Positions 48,411 through 62,101 are shown, counted from the first letter of the stretch. The stretch is 64,000 nt of DNA from Candidatus Zhuqueibacterota bacterium (GCA_049322915.1 JBMOPW010000014.1:128001-192000), one strand, 5' to 3'. Notes: generated by a model not told the origin, from the sequence alone. Numbers and translations are program-made.

Positions 48411-51400
48411 TCACCGATCGGATAATTGGCCGGCTAATACCACTGTTTTTTTTATCGTCTCTACCAATCCCTTTTCAGAATGAAGCGCCTCCAGGAACAC
48501 AATGTAAATGCCCATCCGACACATAAAGCCCTCGTCATTGAGGCCGTCCCATTTAATGACAGTGTGGATTCCGGCTGGTTGGTTATTGGCCAGAAATCGT
48601 ACCAGCCGGCCGCGGATGTCGTATATTTTCAGATTGATGTGCGCCAGATTGAACGGCAACTGGATGGAGATAACCGCGTCGTCATCCCTGAGGTCGTAAT
48701 CCGGTGAAAACGGATTGGGGGCGATCATCAACTCCGCCCGCCGGGGCAGCTCATCCGCAAAAATGCTGTTCACGCCTCCCGGCGTACTTCCTGAGCCGGA
48801 CACGCTGGAACTCCAATTGGCGACATCTCCGCTGGGACGGCGCGGATTGATCCGTTCCAGCGATGTGCCTGAACCGCCGCCCCAACTGTCAGCGTAAGCA
48901 ACTTCATCAATGACATTGCCATTGGCGTCGAATATGTAAATGGCGTCCTCGTCATTGTTCAATCCTGGCCATGATTCCGGCGCAATCAGGGTCGCGGCGG
49001 AGAATTCCAACTCCGTTGCGAGAGAGGAATCATCGGCCAGAATCAGAAATGAAGATGGCTGAATCGTCGTCGGCGAAAGGGTCAGAACAATGCGATCGGC
49101 GCTGTCGCTATCGGCCCATGTCCAATGCTGAATGTCGACTGCCTCGGTATGGGGGTTGAAAATCTCGATCCATTCCGGATCGCCGGATAAAGGCGCGTAC
49201 ATGATTTCGTTAATCACCAGCGACTGCGCCGCGAAACCAATACTCAGTCGGGCAGACCGGAAATCGTTGGATGGATTCATATCACTGACGAGCGATAGGC
49301 GCGCGCAAATTGTGATCTGGCCGGGCTGTAACGGAATGTACCGGATAGAAGCGACTGCGGATTCTCCGCGTTCCAGCCTTTGCTCAACGGTGATTGTCTC
49401 CCCGATGCGTTCGTCGGATTGCTGCACCCCATCGCCGTTGAAATCTATGAAGCAGTTCAACTGAATAGTGGCGATTTCAGTTATCCCGACGTTGGTCACC
49501 TGAATCGAAATATCGATTTCATCGCCTGGCCCGGGATGAGTCGGAGAAAATGCAATATCGGTGACTCCCGCATCCACTTCCAACGGCGCGACGCTGTTGC
49601 GCATCCCGGGAGTGCCGCCGGCGAAGTCGATGCAAAACGCCCATTGTGCGCTATCCGCAAAGCTGTCCGCCGGATCGAGTCGCTCCAGAGAAATACCAGG
49701 TTTCGACTCCTGGCCAAAGGAATAAGCCATGCTATCGATGGCATGGTCGGAGGCGTCAAACAAGTGGATCTGATCCGAGCTGTTCGTCAAATCCGGCCAG
49801 GTCGTCGGGACCAGAATGGGACAGGCGATTGTGGGAAATGCGCTGAGCAGGACATCATTCTCAGAGAGGATGGCAAAGCCGTGCGGCTGAATGAAAATAT
49901 CTTCTGTGCACGAGAGATAGCGTTTCGATGCACCGCCGTGACTGAATTTTAGCTCGTTGAGATTGATGGCGATGGAATCCGTGTTGAAAATTTCAAACCA
50001 CTCCGGCTGTCCCGAGGCCGGGTGAAACATGACTTCGTTCAAAACGATCTGGCCGCGGCGGATTGGAGCGCGAAAGGGAAGAATGGTAAAATTATTGACC
50101 AGTTCTTCATCTGTATTGCAAATTAGCAAAGCGATAATTTGAATGAATCCGGGATCGGGAGCAGGCAGGGAATGATAGAAAGAAATGGAATCCCCTGATT
50201 CGATTGTGTGATTTTCGAACAACTGCGTGGTCAAAAGCTCCCCGGTCTGGCCCGATGAATCAACATTTTGATCCAGATAAAGCAAATAAGTGAATTCGGA
50301 AATCGGCTTCAATCCGACATTATGAACAGAGACGAAGAAGGAGAGAGAATCAATTGAGTGAGGCGCCAACCAAAGGTGGATATTCAAATCATAGTCCATT
50401 GGACTGAGGCTATTTTTCGCGCCGGGAGTGGCTCCTGTTTCATCCTGGCAGAGGCCCCAGTTCAGCGGATCGCTGGACTGCCCCTGGCTCCGAATGCGCT
50501 CTAATGAGAATCCCGATTCGCTGCCCCATGACGCTGAATAATTCACGTCATCGATGACATTTTGAGCCAGATCAGTGAGCACAATCCAGTCGCCGCTGTT
50601 ATTGAGAGCGGGAAAGCCATCTGCTGGCGTAATCACAGGGCAGGAGATTTCCGGGAATAGCGTAAAAATGGTGCTGTCTTCGGAGATGATGAGGTACTGC
50701 TTGCTATCGATCATTATGTCCGCCGGCGAGATCTCTACCGGCGCATCCAGATGCGAATCCGACACCTTCCATAACTGCACATTTATTGGCGCATCGCCCG
50801 GATTGAACAATTCGATCCATTCGGCTGTGCTGGCCGAAGGACGGAACATGATTTCGTTAATCACGACTGCGTGACGCGTAAATCCAATTCGGGCTTCGAC
50901 CCGGGCTGAATTATTGGAAATGTTCTGATCCTGGTCAAGTTGAACCCGTGCGTAAAAAAGATGCAGCCCACTGCCCCGGGCTTCCATATCTACGGAGAAT
51001 AGCAGGCTGTCACCGCTTGCCAACATCTCCTGTGGAAAATAGGGCTGACCAATCTGCTCCTCCTCCGTCAGGATTGAATCACTGTTTTCATCCTCAAACA
51101 CCAGCACTTCAAAACCGGCGCAGTTGTCGGTGCCAAGATTTGTTACGGAAATCAGGAGCGAGAAATTCTGGTCAGGACCAATGACTGGTGGGGAAAGTCG
51201 CAGCGCCACCCGTACATCGAAAGCAACCTGCCGGACGCTGTTTGGGGCGCCGGGCGTGCCATTTTCAGTCTGGCTGTTCGCCCAGTTTTCCGGCGCGTCA
51301 TCCCCTGACAGATTAATTTTTTCGTCAGAGAAGCCGGGTCGGTTGTCGAGGCTGTAGCGGTAGACGGCAACCGTATCGCCGGCGCTGTTAATGAGAAGTA

Positions 51401-51797
51401 TCGGCTCGGCAACGCTGTTGGACAGCCCCTGAGACCCGAATGCGCTGTCATCGATAATGAGAATGACCGCACTCTCCGGAATGAGGTCGTCGTAAATCTG
51501 GGAGTTATCCCGATAGCCAGAATCGAGTATTAAGCCGAAGCATCCCGGCGCCAGCCGCATGTCCTCAGCCTCAGGCAATAGGAAATCTTTCTCAGCGCTG
51601 TCACTGATGGCCCAGCCAGTCAAATCAACCGTATCGGTGATGCTGCAATTATAAATTTCGACGAATTCGGTGTAGTATTCGCTGCCGGATGGGTCGAACA
51701 TGATTTCCGAGAGAACTATCTGGCAATGGCCGAAGGAAGGAATAAGTGCGCCAAGTAGTAAGAATAGACTGCTTTGAATGGTGGAACAAAAGCGCAT
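48411..51797 (-). CDS. Secreted lamin-tail-domain repeat protein with CARDB-like spacers and FlgD-type CTD
   Basis: Four [IV][VL][IL][SN]E[IV]M[FY].P....E[FW].E[IL][FY]N units, each ending in GTPG/ATPG/STPG. C-terminal APNPFSP...IYDIRGR...WDG. Confidence 0.82.
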   Translation of the reverse strand: MRFCSTIQSSLFLLLGALIPSFGHCQIVLSEIMFDPSGSEYYTEFVEIYNCSITDTVDLTGWAISDSAEKDFLLPEAEDMRLAPGCFGLILDSGYRDNSQIYDDLIPESAVILIIDDSAFGSQGLSNSVAEPILLINSAGDTVAVYRYSLDNRPGFSDEKINLSGDDAPENWANSQTENGTPGAPNSVRQVAFDVRVALRLSPPVIGPDQNFSLLISVTNLGTDNCAGFEVLVFEDENSDSILTEEEQIGQPYFPQEMLASGDSLLFSVDMEARGSGLHLFYARVQLDQDQNISNNSARVEARIGFTRHAVVINEIMFRPSASTAEWIELFNPGDAPINVQLWKVSDSHLDAPVEISPADIMIDSKQYLIISEDSTIFTLFPEISCPVITPADGFPALNNSGDWIVLTDLAQNVIDDVNYSASWGSESGFSLERIRSQGQSSDPLNWGLCQDETGATPGAKNSLSPMDYDLNIHLWLAPHSIDSLSFFVSVHNVGLKPISEFTYLLYLDQNVDSSGQTGELLTTQLFENHTIESGDSISFYHSLPAPDPGFIQIIALLICNTDEELVNNFTILPFRAPIRRGQIVLNEVMFHPASGQPEWFEIFNTDSIAINLNELKFSHGGASKRYLSCTEDIFIQPHGFAILSENDVLLSAFPTIACPILVPTTWPDLTNSSDQIHLFDASDHAIDSMAYSFGQESKPGISLERLDPADSFADSAQWAFCIDFAGGTPGMRNSVAPLEVDAGVTDIAFSPTHPGPGDEIDISIQVTNVGITEIATIQLNCFIDFNGDGVQQSDERIGETITVEQRLERGESAVASIRYIPLQPGQITICARLSLVSDMNPSNDFRSARLSIGFAAQSLVINEIMYAPLSGDPEWIEIFNPHTEAVDIQHWTWADSDSADRIVLTLSPTTIQPSSFLILADDSSLATELEFSAATLIAPESWPGLNNDEDAIYIFDANGNVIDEVAYADSWGGGSGTSLERINPRRPSGDVANWSSSVSGSGSTPGGVNSIFADELPRRAELMIAPNPFSPDYDLRDDDAVISIQLPFNLAHINLKIYDIRGRLVRFLANNQPAGIHTVIKWDGLNDEGFMCRMGIYIVFLEALHSEKGLVETIKKTVVLAGQLSDR

Positions 51798-52174
51798 GGC
51801 ATTTTCTTTCCCTGTGTAATGGATTCAAAAAGAGGAATTAAGCGCCAAACAATAGGAAGCGATTTCCAGGGATCAGCCTGATGCACTGATTTTCGGCTTC
51901 GTGCAGCAAGGCAATTTATTGTCAAAAAAAGGAGATTGTTCTTGATTTTCGAAACACTGCCATGTTAAAATTACTTAAAATAAAAAATAAAATCAACAGA
52001 TATTTTTTTATTTTCATAGCTGCGGCTGAAAAAAATGGCGAATCAACCCTGGTGATTCTTTGTAAAGAAATGATGCAATCGGCCGATGAAAAGAAAGAGC
52101 GTCGTGCCTTGTTTGAATGAGAATTAGAACGGCTAATGAGAGCGCAAGTGATTGATGATTTTTCAGAGGTGTCT

Positions 52175-52489
52175 ATGAAAAAAAATTGGCTATGGATTGG
52201 ATCATGTTTATTGATAGTGAGTTGCGCCGGTATAAATAACTATGTTAACTCCCCCACCAGCGAAGAGCCCGTCATTTATGGCTCGGATGAGGTGAGTTGG
52301 TGCACCGAGTACAATGACGCAGTGACGAGAAAGAAATTGGTCAGCGGTATGAGTTGTGAGATGGTGAACGACGTCATGGGCGCGCCGATTTCGAAAAAGC
52401 AGCAGTCAAACGATCTGGTCATGTGGGAGTACCAGGACAAGCAGCTATTTTTCCTGCAGGATCTGCTTGTTTCATGGAAAGATAAATAA
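52175..52489 (+). CDS. Small lipoprotein (BamE/SmpA-like fold possible)
   Basis: Lipobox IVS-C and GMS.EMV..VMG.P......WEY motif. Confidence 0.65.
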   Translation: MKKNWLWIGSCLLIVSCAGINNYVNSPTSEEPVIYGSDEVSWCTEYNDAVTRKKLVSGMSCEMVNDVMGAPISKKQQSNDLVMWEYQDKQLFFLQDLLVSWKDK

Positions 52490-52557
52490 TAGAATCAGCG
52501 CTTCGAATTCCATCAAAGGATGTGCATCGAAACGTCACTGAGATGATACCCTCATGA

Positions 52558-52615
52558 AAAATGGATTAATTTGAAATACTCTTGATAAAAGGACAGGTTC
52601 AGATTAATCCATTTT
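52558..52615. terminator. AT-rich inverted repeat / probable terminator
   Basis: AAAATGGATTAATTTGAA ... TTCAGATTAATCCATTTT (17/18 complementary). Confidence 0.5.
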
Positions 52616-52682
52616 ATCCTCGACATGCTTCTTAAGAAAAGAACCCATTCGTTTTCTTCCCTTCGTGAAAGCGAAATTTTTA

Positions 52683-52711
52683 TTGACTTTTAGTTCAAAA
52701 AAAACTATATT
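52683..52711 (+). promoter_or_regulatory. sigma70-type promoter of secDF
   Basis: TTGACT-N17-TATATT. Confidence 0.6.
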
Positions 52712-52878
52712 GCCAGTCGTTTCAAAAAAGAAAGGTTTGCTTTTTTTGAACGGATAAACCAGAGCTGACATGATGATTTAATAATGTACAAGAGCCATGG
52801 AACGCGCTCTTTTATAAAAGCAACTTTGTTCTCTGGAATTGTAATATAACCAGTCTATTTTTTGGAGGTAACTGTCTG

Positions 52879-54951
52879 ATGAGTCGAAGTCTGATGTATC
52901 GATGGATTTTAATTATTGTTTTAATTGTGCTGGCGTTATGGCAGCTTTATCCCACTCTCAATCTTTCTAAACTGATCAAGCAGAAAGATGAGTATTATTC
53001 GAAAGTAGCCGAAATTTCTAATATAAAAAGCAATGATATTGAGAACGCTGTGCTGGAAGAAAACCTTGAAAACGTAATTTTAAGGGCGATTAAGGATTCT
53101 TCAAAAACACAGGAAGGTCGGGATTTAGCTCAAAGAATTATTACGCTGGATGAGAACATTGATAAGACCGAACGATCGGCCATCAAACGTGGACTGGATC
53201 TGCAGGGCGGGACTTATCTTGTTTATGAGGTGGACTTCCCGCATTTCATGAAAAACGTCGCAAAAAATCCGGATGCTGCATTCGAACGAATCATGAAGGA
53301 AGTTGATTTCGAAGCAAAAAGCAAAAATCTGGATTTCTTCGATGTGCTGCAATCACGCTATGTGAGTATGAGCCGCAATCTGAGTGAGGATTTTGGCAAA
53401 CGCGGTGAAGTTGACAGGAAAATCCTCGCTGACCTGCGCAAAGAAACTGAAGATGCAATCGACCGAAGCCTTGAGGTGCTGAGAAATCGCATCGACCAGT
53501 TTGGCGTCGCCGAGCCGTCCATCACAAAACAGGGAAACCGAAGAATCGTCGTTGAACTGGCCGGCATTCAGGATGTGAATCGCGCAAAAACGGTGATTGG
53601 CCGGACAGCCCAACTGGAATTCAAGCTGATGCGCGACGCAGATTATACCCGTTCGCTTCTCATGAAAATAGATGAAGTCGTTAAAAAACGTCGGCTTGGC
53701 TCTCTAGATTCCACTGCCCTGGCAAAGGTCACATCATCGACAGATACTTCGGCCGTTGATTCCGCTGCGATGAAAGAAAAAATTCGCAAAGATAAAGAAG
53801 TGAATCTGAACGAATTGTTTGGCGACGTCACGAATGCTAGTGGCGATGGAGACACTTCGCTGTCGGTTGATACCGAGATGTTTGAAGAAAATCCATTTCT
53901 CGCGTTGTTGGGCAATCTCGGAAATATGATAGCCGCGCCGAAACAGAATATGAGAGCGGTGGATATTATTCTCAACTATCCCGAAGTCCAAAAGATCATC
54001 CCGGAGGAGTCACAATTCCTGTGGCATAATAAAGCAAGAACCATTGGTGATAAGGAATGGTATTACCTCCATTTATTGAAGAAAGCGCCCGAACTCACGG
54101 GTGAATCAATTGCTGATGCTCAGGTTCAGGTGGCCGGTGAAGCAAGCGGTTCCAGCATGACCGGGGCTGGTCAGGCGAAAGTATTGCTGGCGTTGAATTC
54201 AAGCGGCGCCAAGAGATTTGCACGCGTTACAGGGGCCAATATCGGTAAAATTCTGGCGATTGTCCTGGATGACAAAGTCGCCTCAGCGCCCACGGTTCAG
54301 GATAAAATTTCAGACGGCCGGGCGGAAATTACCGGCATGGCAAACATTGATGAGGCGAAAGATCTGGTTGTCGTACTTCGCGCCGGCGCCTTGCCAGCGC
54401 GCCTGGAAAGCATCGAAGAAAGAACCGTTGGACCATCGTTGGGACAGGACTCCATCAAAAAAGGTAATATGTCGGCTATTGCCGGATTGATAATCGTTTT
54501 CATCTTCATGGCGATTTACTATAAAATGTCCGGCCTCATCGCTGATTTTGCGTTGCTGCTCAACATGTTATTTCTTGTCGCTCTGCTCGCTGCATTCCAT
54601 GCGACATTGACCCTGCCAGGCATCGCTGGAATCATCCTGACAATTGGTATGTCGGTCGATGCAAACGTTCTGATAAATGAGCGTATTCGGGAAGAATTGA
54701 GATCTGGAAAAACGATCAGGGCCGCCATTGATACTGGCTATAGTCGCGCCTTCATCACAATTCTTGATTCAAATCTCACGACACTTATTACCGCGCTTGT
54801 GCTTTATCAATTCGGCACAGGTCCAATACAGGGATTTGCAGTGACTTTGATCATTGGTATTATCGTCAGTATGTTCACTGCCATCGTCGTCACACGTTCG
54901 GTGCTTGACTTTATGACCTCAAAATGGGAAATCAAAAACCTGAGTATTTAA
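52879..54951 (+). CDS. secD: Protein translocase subunit SecD
   Basis: GLDLQGG, RIDQFGVAEP, LRAGALPA, VGPSLG, GMSVDANVLI.ERI.EE and DSNLTT. Confidence 0.97.
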   Translation: MSRSLMYRWILIIVLIVLALWQLYPTLNLSKLIKQKDEYYSKVAEISNIKSNDIENAVLEENLENVILRAIKDSSKTQEGRDLAQRIITLDENIDKTERSAIKRGLDLQGGTYLVYEVDFPHFMKNVAKNPDAAFERIMKEVDFEAKSKNLDFFDVLQSRYVSMSRNLSEDFGKRGEVDRKILADLRKETEDAIDRSLEVLRNRIDQFGVAEPSITKQGNRRIVVELAGIQDVNRAKTVIGRTAQLEFKLMRDADYTRSLLMKIDEVVKKRRLGSLDSTALAKVTSSTDTSAVDSAAMKEKIRKDKEVNLNELFGDVTNASGDGDTSLSVDTEMFEENPFLALLGNLGNMIAAPKQNMRAVDIILNYPEVQKIIPEESQFLWHNKARTIGDKEWYYLHLLKKAPELTGESIADAQVQVAGEASGSSMTGAGQAKVLLALNSSGAKRFARVTGANIGKILAIVLDDKVASAPTVQDKISDGRAEITGMANIDEAKDLVVVLRAGALPARLESIEERTVGPSLGQDSIKKGNMSAIAGLIIVFIFMAIYYKMSGLIADFALLLNMLFLVALLAAFHATLTLPGIAGIILTIGMSVDANVLINERIREELRSGKTIRAAIDTGYSRAFITILDSNLTTLITALVLYQFGTGPIQGFAVTLIIGIIVSMFTAIVVTRSVLDFMTSKWEIKNLSI

Positions 54952-55062
54952 CCCAACGAAATTCTAACAGGTTTTGTGAAGATGAATATGGTGATTGGGA
55001 AGAGCAATATTCCGAATTAATGAACTGGTAAAACGAAGCAGTTTAAAATAGAGGAAATAGAA

Positions 55063-55977
55063 ATGCAATTTATTAAAGAAACTCATATTGATTTTATTGG
55101 ATTGAGGAAGGTTGGTTTTATACTTTCTGCCACACTCATCCTGGCGGGACTCCTTTCATTGATAATCAGGGGTGGGATTAATTATGGTATCGATTTTACA
55201 GGCGGTACATCGCTTCAGATTCGCTTTGAAAAGCCTGTTCAGATCGGCGATGTCCGGACAATTCTTACCAGCATCGGCCTGGGTAATGCTGAAATAAAAG
55301 AATTTTCAACCGGAAACGAGTTGCTCATCAGAGTGCAGCAATTGGCAAACATGGAAGATCCGTCGGATAAATTGATCGAAGCCTTTAAACAAAAATTGCC
55401 TGATAATCCCCTCGAGATACGGCAGAAGGAGTCGGTCGGACCGCGAATTGGAAATGAACTGCGTCGAGCTGCTATTTGGGCCGTTCTCGTATCGCTGGGA
55501 TTAATTCTCATTTACATCAGCTATCGGTTTGAATTTAAATTCGCCATCGGAGCCGTGGTCGCCCTGTTCCACGATGTGCTTATCACTCTTAGCTTTTTCT
55601 CATGGTTGAATCTGGAATTCACGCTGTCTGTGTTGGCCGCCTTTCTAACCATTGTAGGTTATTCGCTTAACGATACCATTGTGGTTTATGATAGAATAAG
55701 AGAGAATCTCAAGATCATGAGAAAAGATGATATGCTGACGATTTTCAATACGAGTATCAACCAGACGTTAAGTAGAACTGTATTGACAGGTTCAACGACG
55801 TTGATGGTCGTTATCATTTTATATTTCTTTGGTGGTGAAGTGCTTCATAATTTTTCATTTGCGATGATCGTTGGTATGATCGTTGGAACCTATTCATCTA
55901 TCTTTGTTGCCAGCCCCATCGTCGTAGTTTGGTATAGCAGAACCGAGGGTAAAAAGAGCAAATTATCTCGCAGATAA
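55063..55977 (+). CDS. secF: Protein translocase subunit SecF
   Basis: GIDFTGG, LFHDV, GYSLNDTIVVYDRIRE and GTYSSIF. Confidence 0.97.
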   Translation: MQFIKETHIDFIGLRKVGFILSATLILAGLLSLIIRGGINYGIDFTGGTSLQIRFEKPVQIGDVRTILTSIGLGNAEIKEFSTGNELLIRVQQLANMEDPSDKLIEAFKQKLPDNPLEIRQKESVGPRIGNELRRAAIWAVLVSLGLILIYISYRFEFKFAIGAVVALFHDVLITLSFFSWLNLEFTLSVLAAFLTIVGYSLNDTIVVYDRIRENLKIMRKDDMLTIFNTSINQTLSRTVLTGSTTLMVVIILYFFGGEVLHNFSFAMIVGMIVGTYSSIFVASPIVVVWYSRTEGKKSKLSRR

Positions 55978-56050
55978 CAAGGCTGATGAACTGAAAGTGC
56001 GATCAATGAATTAGAAGAGCCTCTGAATGTTAAAAAATTGAGGTGAGATC

Positions 56051-56389
56051 ATGAATTTGAAAGAAGTTGAGATTGACGGGATTATAATTCTTCAGTTGTC
56101 GGGAAAAGTGATGGGCGGTCCGGATGCCAATTTATTAGGCGAAAAATTGCACGAGTTGATCGACGCGAAAAAGACAAGAGTCATTGCCGATTTAGCCCAG
56201 GTGAGTTTGATGAATAGCTCCGGACTGGGAATGTTGATTGGTGGCCTGACAACTATGCGGAATAACAACGGCGACTTGAAGCTGGCAAATGTCACAGAAA
56301 GAATAAAAAGCCTTCTCATCATCACCAAATTGATCTCCATCTTCGAGACATATGATTCTGTACAGGACGCGATGAAAAGCTATGATTAG
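56051..56389 (+). CDS. STAS-domain anti-sigma factor antagonist
   Basis: DLAQV..MNSSGLGML and GDLKL. Confidence 0.88.
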   Translation: MNLKEVEIDGIIILQLSGKVMGGPDANLLGEKLHELIDAKKTRVIADLAQVSLMNSSGLGMLIGGLTTMRNNNGDLKLANVTERIKSLLIITKLISIFETYDSVQDAMKSYD

Positions 56390-56475
56390 TTAAGTTTAGA
56401 CAACAAAATTAAACATTTAAGAAAATAGATCATCACGCTCGAATTTAATAAAAGATTGAAGAAAAGAATATTTGG

Positions 56476-57818
<1,343 letters not shown>

Positions 57819-58378
57819 TATTTTCGAAGGTGTCGATTCCTGAGACCGAAATCGATATCCCGGGCAGAGTGGCGACAATAACAGTGCGTACCACACCTAT
57901 CGAAAAATTATCCTGGTTGTTCCTGCATTGTAGTAACAGAACGCTTTCAATCCGGGAGTGAATTAACATCAATAAAAAATTAGATGAGCGGTCAATCAAA
58001 ATAATGGTTGACCTTTTTTATTTTACCGACTGCAACCGTGTTTCATTTGGAATTCATGCCTCTAATAGTGGAGTTGAATTAAAACTCAGGGCGAAATCAC
58101 TCCTTTCTGAAATACTTTGTTAATGCTGCAATCAACGATTAGCGTCAGAAGTGGGTTGATTCAGATGGTATACGATAACTTGATTCGCAACAGGAAATAT
58201 GTCTTCGTTTATCGTTTAACATAATAAAAATCAAGCGGGAATTTGTGACATAAATTTTAAATATATCATAATAAAAATTAATAAGGCCTATATAAAATTA
58301 TAATAGCATTTTTATGAAATAAAACTACTGAACTGGCATATATTAGAAAAAAGCTAGAAATAGAGCATAATAGCCGAA

Positions 58379-58406
58379 TTGCAAAATTGAAAATATTTGC
58401 TATATT
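58379..58406 (+). promoter_or_regulatory. Promoter of groESL
   Basis: TTGCAA-N16-TATATT with extended TGn, just upstream of CIRCE. Confidence 0.5.
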
Positions 58407-58418
58407 TACACGACAAAA

Positions 58419-58445
58419 ATAGCACTCTCTTATGAGGAGTGCTAA
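58419..58445. promoter_or_regulatory. CIRCE operator (HrcA binding site)
   Basis: ATAGCACTC-N9-GAGTGCTAA versus consensus TTAGCACTC-N9-GAGTGCTAA. Confidence 0.93.
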
Positions 58446-58509
58446 TAAGAGAAAATGATAATAAAGCTAAGTACATGTAACCATTAACAAATTTAAAGGA
58501 GGAGCGTCA

Positions 58510-58794
58510 ATGAAAATTAGACCTCTAGCCGATCGAGTGGTTGTAAAACCGATTGAAACCGAAGAAAAAAAAGTTGGCGGCATTATTATTCCTGACACCG
58601 CAAAAGAGAAACCTCAGCAAGGTAAGGTTGTAGCAGTAGGCCCGGGCAAAATATCTGATAGCGGACAGAAAATTACCATGGAAGTAAAAAATGGTGATAT
58701 CGTTCTTTATGGTAAATACTCGGGAACAGAAGTATCGATTGACGATGAAGAATATTTAATCATGCGGGAAAGCGATATCCTGGCTATTCTATAA
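58510..58794 (+). CDS. groES: Co-chaperonin GroES
   Basis: [24 protein letters not shown] and MRESDILA. Confidence 0.98.
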   Translation: MKIRPLADRVVVKPIETEEKKVGGIIIPDTAKEKPQQGKVVAVGPGKISDSGQKITMEVKNGDIVLYGKYSGTEVSIDDEEYLIMRESDILAIL

Positions 58795-58825
58795 TTTTAG
58801 TAATCAAATGGAAGCATTATAATAA

Positions 58826-60472
<1,647 letters not shown>

Positions 60473-60485
60473 AATAGCTGAAATC

Positions 60486-60517
60486 AGCCCCGATGTTAAT
60501 GTCGGGGCTTTTTTTTT
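60486..60517 (+). terminator. Intrinsic terminator of groESL
   Basis: AGCCCCGAT-GTTAAT-GTCGGGGCT followed by a T-run. Confidence 0.88.
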
Positions 60518-60520
60518 AGC

Positions 60521-60549
60521 TTGACAAAATTGAATTCTTTTAATATATT
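60521..60549 (+). promoter_or_regulatory. sigma70-type promoter of folB operon
   Basis: TTGACA-N17-TATATT. Confidence 0.7.
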
Positions 60550-60566
60550 AGACACATTATAATAGT

Positions 60567-60938
60567 GTGGAATTATTGATGCAAGATATTCTCAGAATTT
60601 ACAACATGGTTTTCCATGCATATATCGGGCAGGGAAAATTTGAACATCAATTGGGAGATCGCTTCGAAGTCGATGTCGAATTGAACCTGAATCTTTCGAC
60701 TGCCGGAAGCACGGATAACATTCACGATACAATCGATGTCCGAAGGGTATATCGTATCGTTGAAGAAGTTATGACGGAGGGAGAAATTCATTTGGTTGAA
60801 GCGGTGGCGGAACGAATCGCCAATTCTCTGATTGAAAATCTGGGTGTTGCCGAAGTCACGGTGAGGGTCAGAAAGCCAAACGCGTCAATCGGTGGTGTCA
60901 GTGATGGTTTTGAAATTGAAATAACGAGAACTGCCTGA
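60567..60938 (+). CDS. folB: Dihydroneopterin aldolase
   Basis: FHAYIG...E...G.RFEVDV, D....TID, LVEAVAE and VRKP. Upstream of folK. The start may be ATG 60579. Confidence 0.85.
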   Translation: MELLMQDILRIYNMVFHAYIGQGKFEHQLGDRFEVDVELNLNLSTAGSTDNIHDTIDVRRVYRIVEEVMTEGEIHLVEAVAERIANSLIENLGVAEVTVRVRKPNASIGGVSDGFEIEITRTA

Positions 60939-60941
60939 AAC

Positions 60942-61463
60942 GTGGGCGCTTTAGGAATTTATCTGGGCGTGGGTACGAACCAGGGCGACAGAATAGAAAA
61001 CCTGAAGCATTGTATCCACCTCCTTTTGGCCACAGGTTTGATCTCGGTAGAAAAAATTTCATCGGTCTATGAATCTGAGCCGGTTGGATTTCTGCAACAG
61101 CCACAGTTTTTAAATCTGGTTATGGCAATTTCGACAACGCTTGAGCCACTTCAATTATTAGACCTCACTCAACAGATCGAAATTCAAACGGGAAGAATTA
61201 AGACATTTCGGTGGGGGCCGCGGATAATTGATATTGATATTCTCGATTATAGCAACAGAACGATCGAAAATCCGAACCTTAAGCTACCTCATGATCAACT
61301 CCATGTACGGAAATTTGTGCTAATACCACTTTTTGAAATTGCAAATCAGTATTTCCACCCGGTGCTGCATAAACATATCGGTCAGCTTTTAACGGAGTGT
61401 CAGGATAAGTCTCGCTTACAATGGTATATGAATGGAAATAAACTCCTTATCGATGAGACCTAA
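60942..61463 (+). CDS. folK: 6-hydroxymethyl-7,8-dihydropterin pyrophosphokinase
   Basis: LGVGTN.GDR, SSVYESEP, FLN, WGPRIIDIDIL, LPH and RKFVLIPL. Confidence 0.93.
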   Translation: MGALGIYLGVGTNQGDRIENLKHCIHLLLATGLISVEKISSVYESEPVGFLQQPQFLNLVMAISTTLEPLQLLDLTQQIEIQTGRIKTFRWGPRIIDIDILDYSNRTIENPNLKLPHDQLHVRKFVLIPLFEIANQYFHPVLHKHIGQLLTECQDKSRLQWYMNGNKLLIDET

Positions 61464-62098
61464 TGAAGATAAATAATTTAGAGTATATTGCGATTGATGG
61501 AGTCATTGGTGTCGGTAAAACAACGCTCACTCACATGTTGGTGGAAAGATTTAATGGCAAGGCGGTGTTGGAGATCGTCGAGGAAAATCCTTTTTTAGCC
61601 GATTTTTATCAGGACCCGAAACGTTATGCATTTCAAACTCAGATGTTCTTTTTGCTGAGTCGTTACCGCCAACAGCAGGAAATTCCGCAGCGCGAATTGT
61701 TTCAGGAACTCATTGTAGCTGATTATATTTTTGCAAAGGATAAAATTTTTGCATATTTAAATTTGGAAGATAGAGAGTTAGTTCTTTATGAAAAGATTGT
61801 GACGCTGTTAGAAAGGGATATCTCCAAACCTGATCTGGTCATTTATCTCAAATCGACTCCCGAGCGGTTGATGCAAAATATTCAGAGGCGCGGGAGAACG
61901 TTTGAGCGGAACATGTCTTTTTCCTATATCCAATCGCTGAATGCAGTCTATAACAATTTTTTTAATCACTATCGGGAAACACCCTTGCTCATCATCAATA
62001 CCACTGAAATGGATTTTGTCTTTGATAAAAATGATTTTGAAAAAATTGTGGAGTTGATTAAATCAGATATTCAGGGAACCTATGTTCACAACTTTTAA
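61463..62098 (+). CDS. Deoxynucleoside kinase (dAK/dGK family)
   Basis: DGVIGVGKTT, NPFL..FY.DP, Q.FFL..RY.Q, PDL.IYL and RGR.FE. Confidence 0.9.
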   Translation: MKINNLEYIAIDGVIGVGKTTLTHMLVERFNGKAVLEIVEENPFLADFYQDPKRYAFQTQMFFLLSRYRQQQEIPQRELFQELIVADYIFAKDKIFAYLNLEDRELVLYEKIVTLLERDISKPDLVIYLKSTPERLMQNIQRRGRTFERNMSFSYIQSLNAVYNNFFNHYRETPLLIINTTEMDFVFDKNDFEKIVELIKSDIQGTYVHNF

Positions 62099-62101
62099 TC
62101 A

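Noticed and set aside
57819..58378. Long AT-rich intergenic region before groES; 67-aa ORF 57796-57999
   Set aside because: No repeat array, RNA motif or convincing coding signal was found.
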